24,000 nucleotides of DNA from Mycobacterium phage Papyrus, in sequence record KF416342.1. One strand, 5' to 3'. The translations under genes and the position numbers were made by a program. Positions 23,835-24,000 of this stretch are shown one piece after another. Numbering within the stretch: position 1 is the stretch's first letter; every line of letters begins with the position of its first letter. The notes under the pieces were generated by a model. The model ran no database searches, was not told the origin of the DNA, and saw only the letters and a list, made by a program, of their open reading frames with translations.

Positions 23835-24000
23835 ACGCACCCAAGAATATCGGAGCGGCAGCACCATTCGCGAAAGCGGCCTTGGAGTACACCTTGAAGG
23901 GGTGGAACGTTCTGCCATTGCCTCCCAACAAGAAGAAGTCACCACCCAGCAAAGAGGACGACGAACAGGGTCTAGGGTTTACGGGGCGCAACGGCCGACT
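23825..24000 (+). CDS. N-terminal start of a probable prim-pol-like protein, truncated by window end
   Basis: MAVNAPKNIGAAAPFAKAALEYTLKGWNVLPLPPNKKKSPPSKEDDEQGLGFTGRNGR, similar to bifunctional primase/polymerase starts. Confidence 0.5.
   Translation, partial: MAVNAPKNIGAAAPFAKAALEYTLKGWNVLPLPPNKKKSPPSKEDDEQGLGFTGRNGR

Noticed and set aside
1-24000. CRISPR array, transposon or toxin-antitoxin pair
   Set aside because: No regularly spaced identical repeats, no transposase-like ORF with terminal repeats and no recognisable toxin-antitoxin signature were seen.

Overview
This window looks like the early/replication region of a tailed phage of an actinobacterium. A mycobacterial host is suggested by a CDGP-like secreted protein. 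Nearly all coding is on the + strand. Recognisable genes include a DUF932-like protein, an O-methyltransferase, a SNF2-type helicase, a RecB/Cas4-like nuclease, a Sak4/AAA_24-like ATPase, an SSB-like protein, and a DNA polymerase III alpha subunit split into separate PHP and polymerase ORFs. A thymidylate-synthase-like protein, a nucleoside 2-deoxyribosyltransferase-like protein, a RuvC-like resolvase, a MazG-like protein, an HNH endonuclease and the start of a possible prim-pol are also present. The most unusual signal is a family of 10 short tRNA-like elements, nine at 128-5272 and one at 19428-19467. Each has a 5-6 bp 'acceptor-like' helix plus a 6 bp T-arm-like helix closed by a TTCGAGT-type loop. 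A short linker, usually 11 nt (aNNggcaNaca), replaces the D and anticodon arms. The arms differ between copies but stay complementary. Most copies lie 7-16 nt after a stop codon, and all but one are followed by a second hairpin and the next gene's ribosome-binding box. They look like intercistronic tRNA-like punctuation. Other notable signals are a 1.15 kb non-coding region rich in long complementary stems (9625-10784), a 22 bp wobble-compensated stem upstream of an HNH gene (23290-23433), and a 16 bp stem with an internal GGTAACT repeat (13593-13649). All folds were read by eye; no folding software or database search was run.
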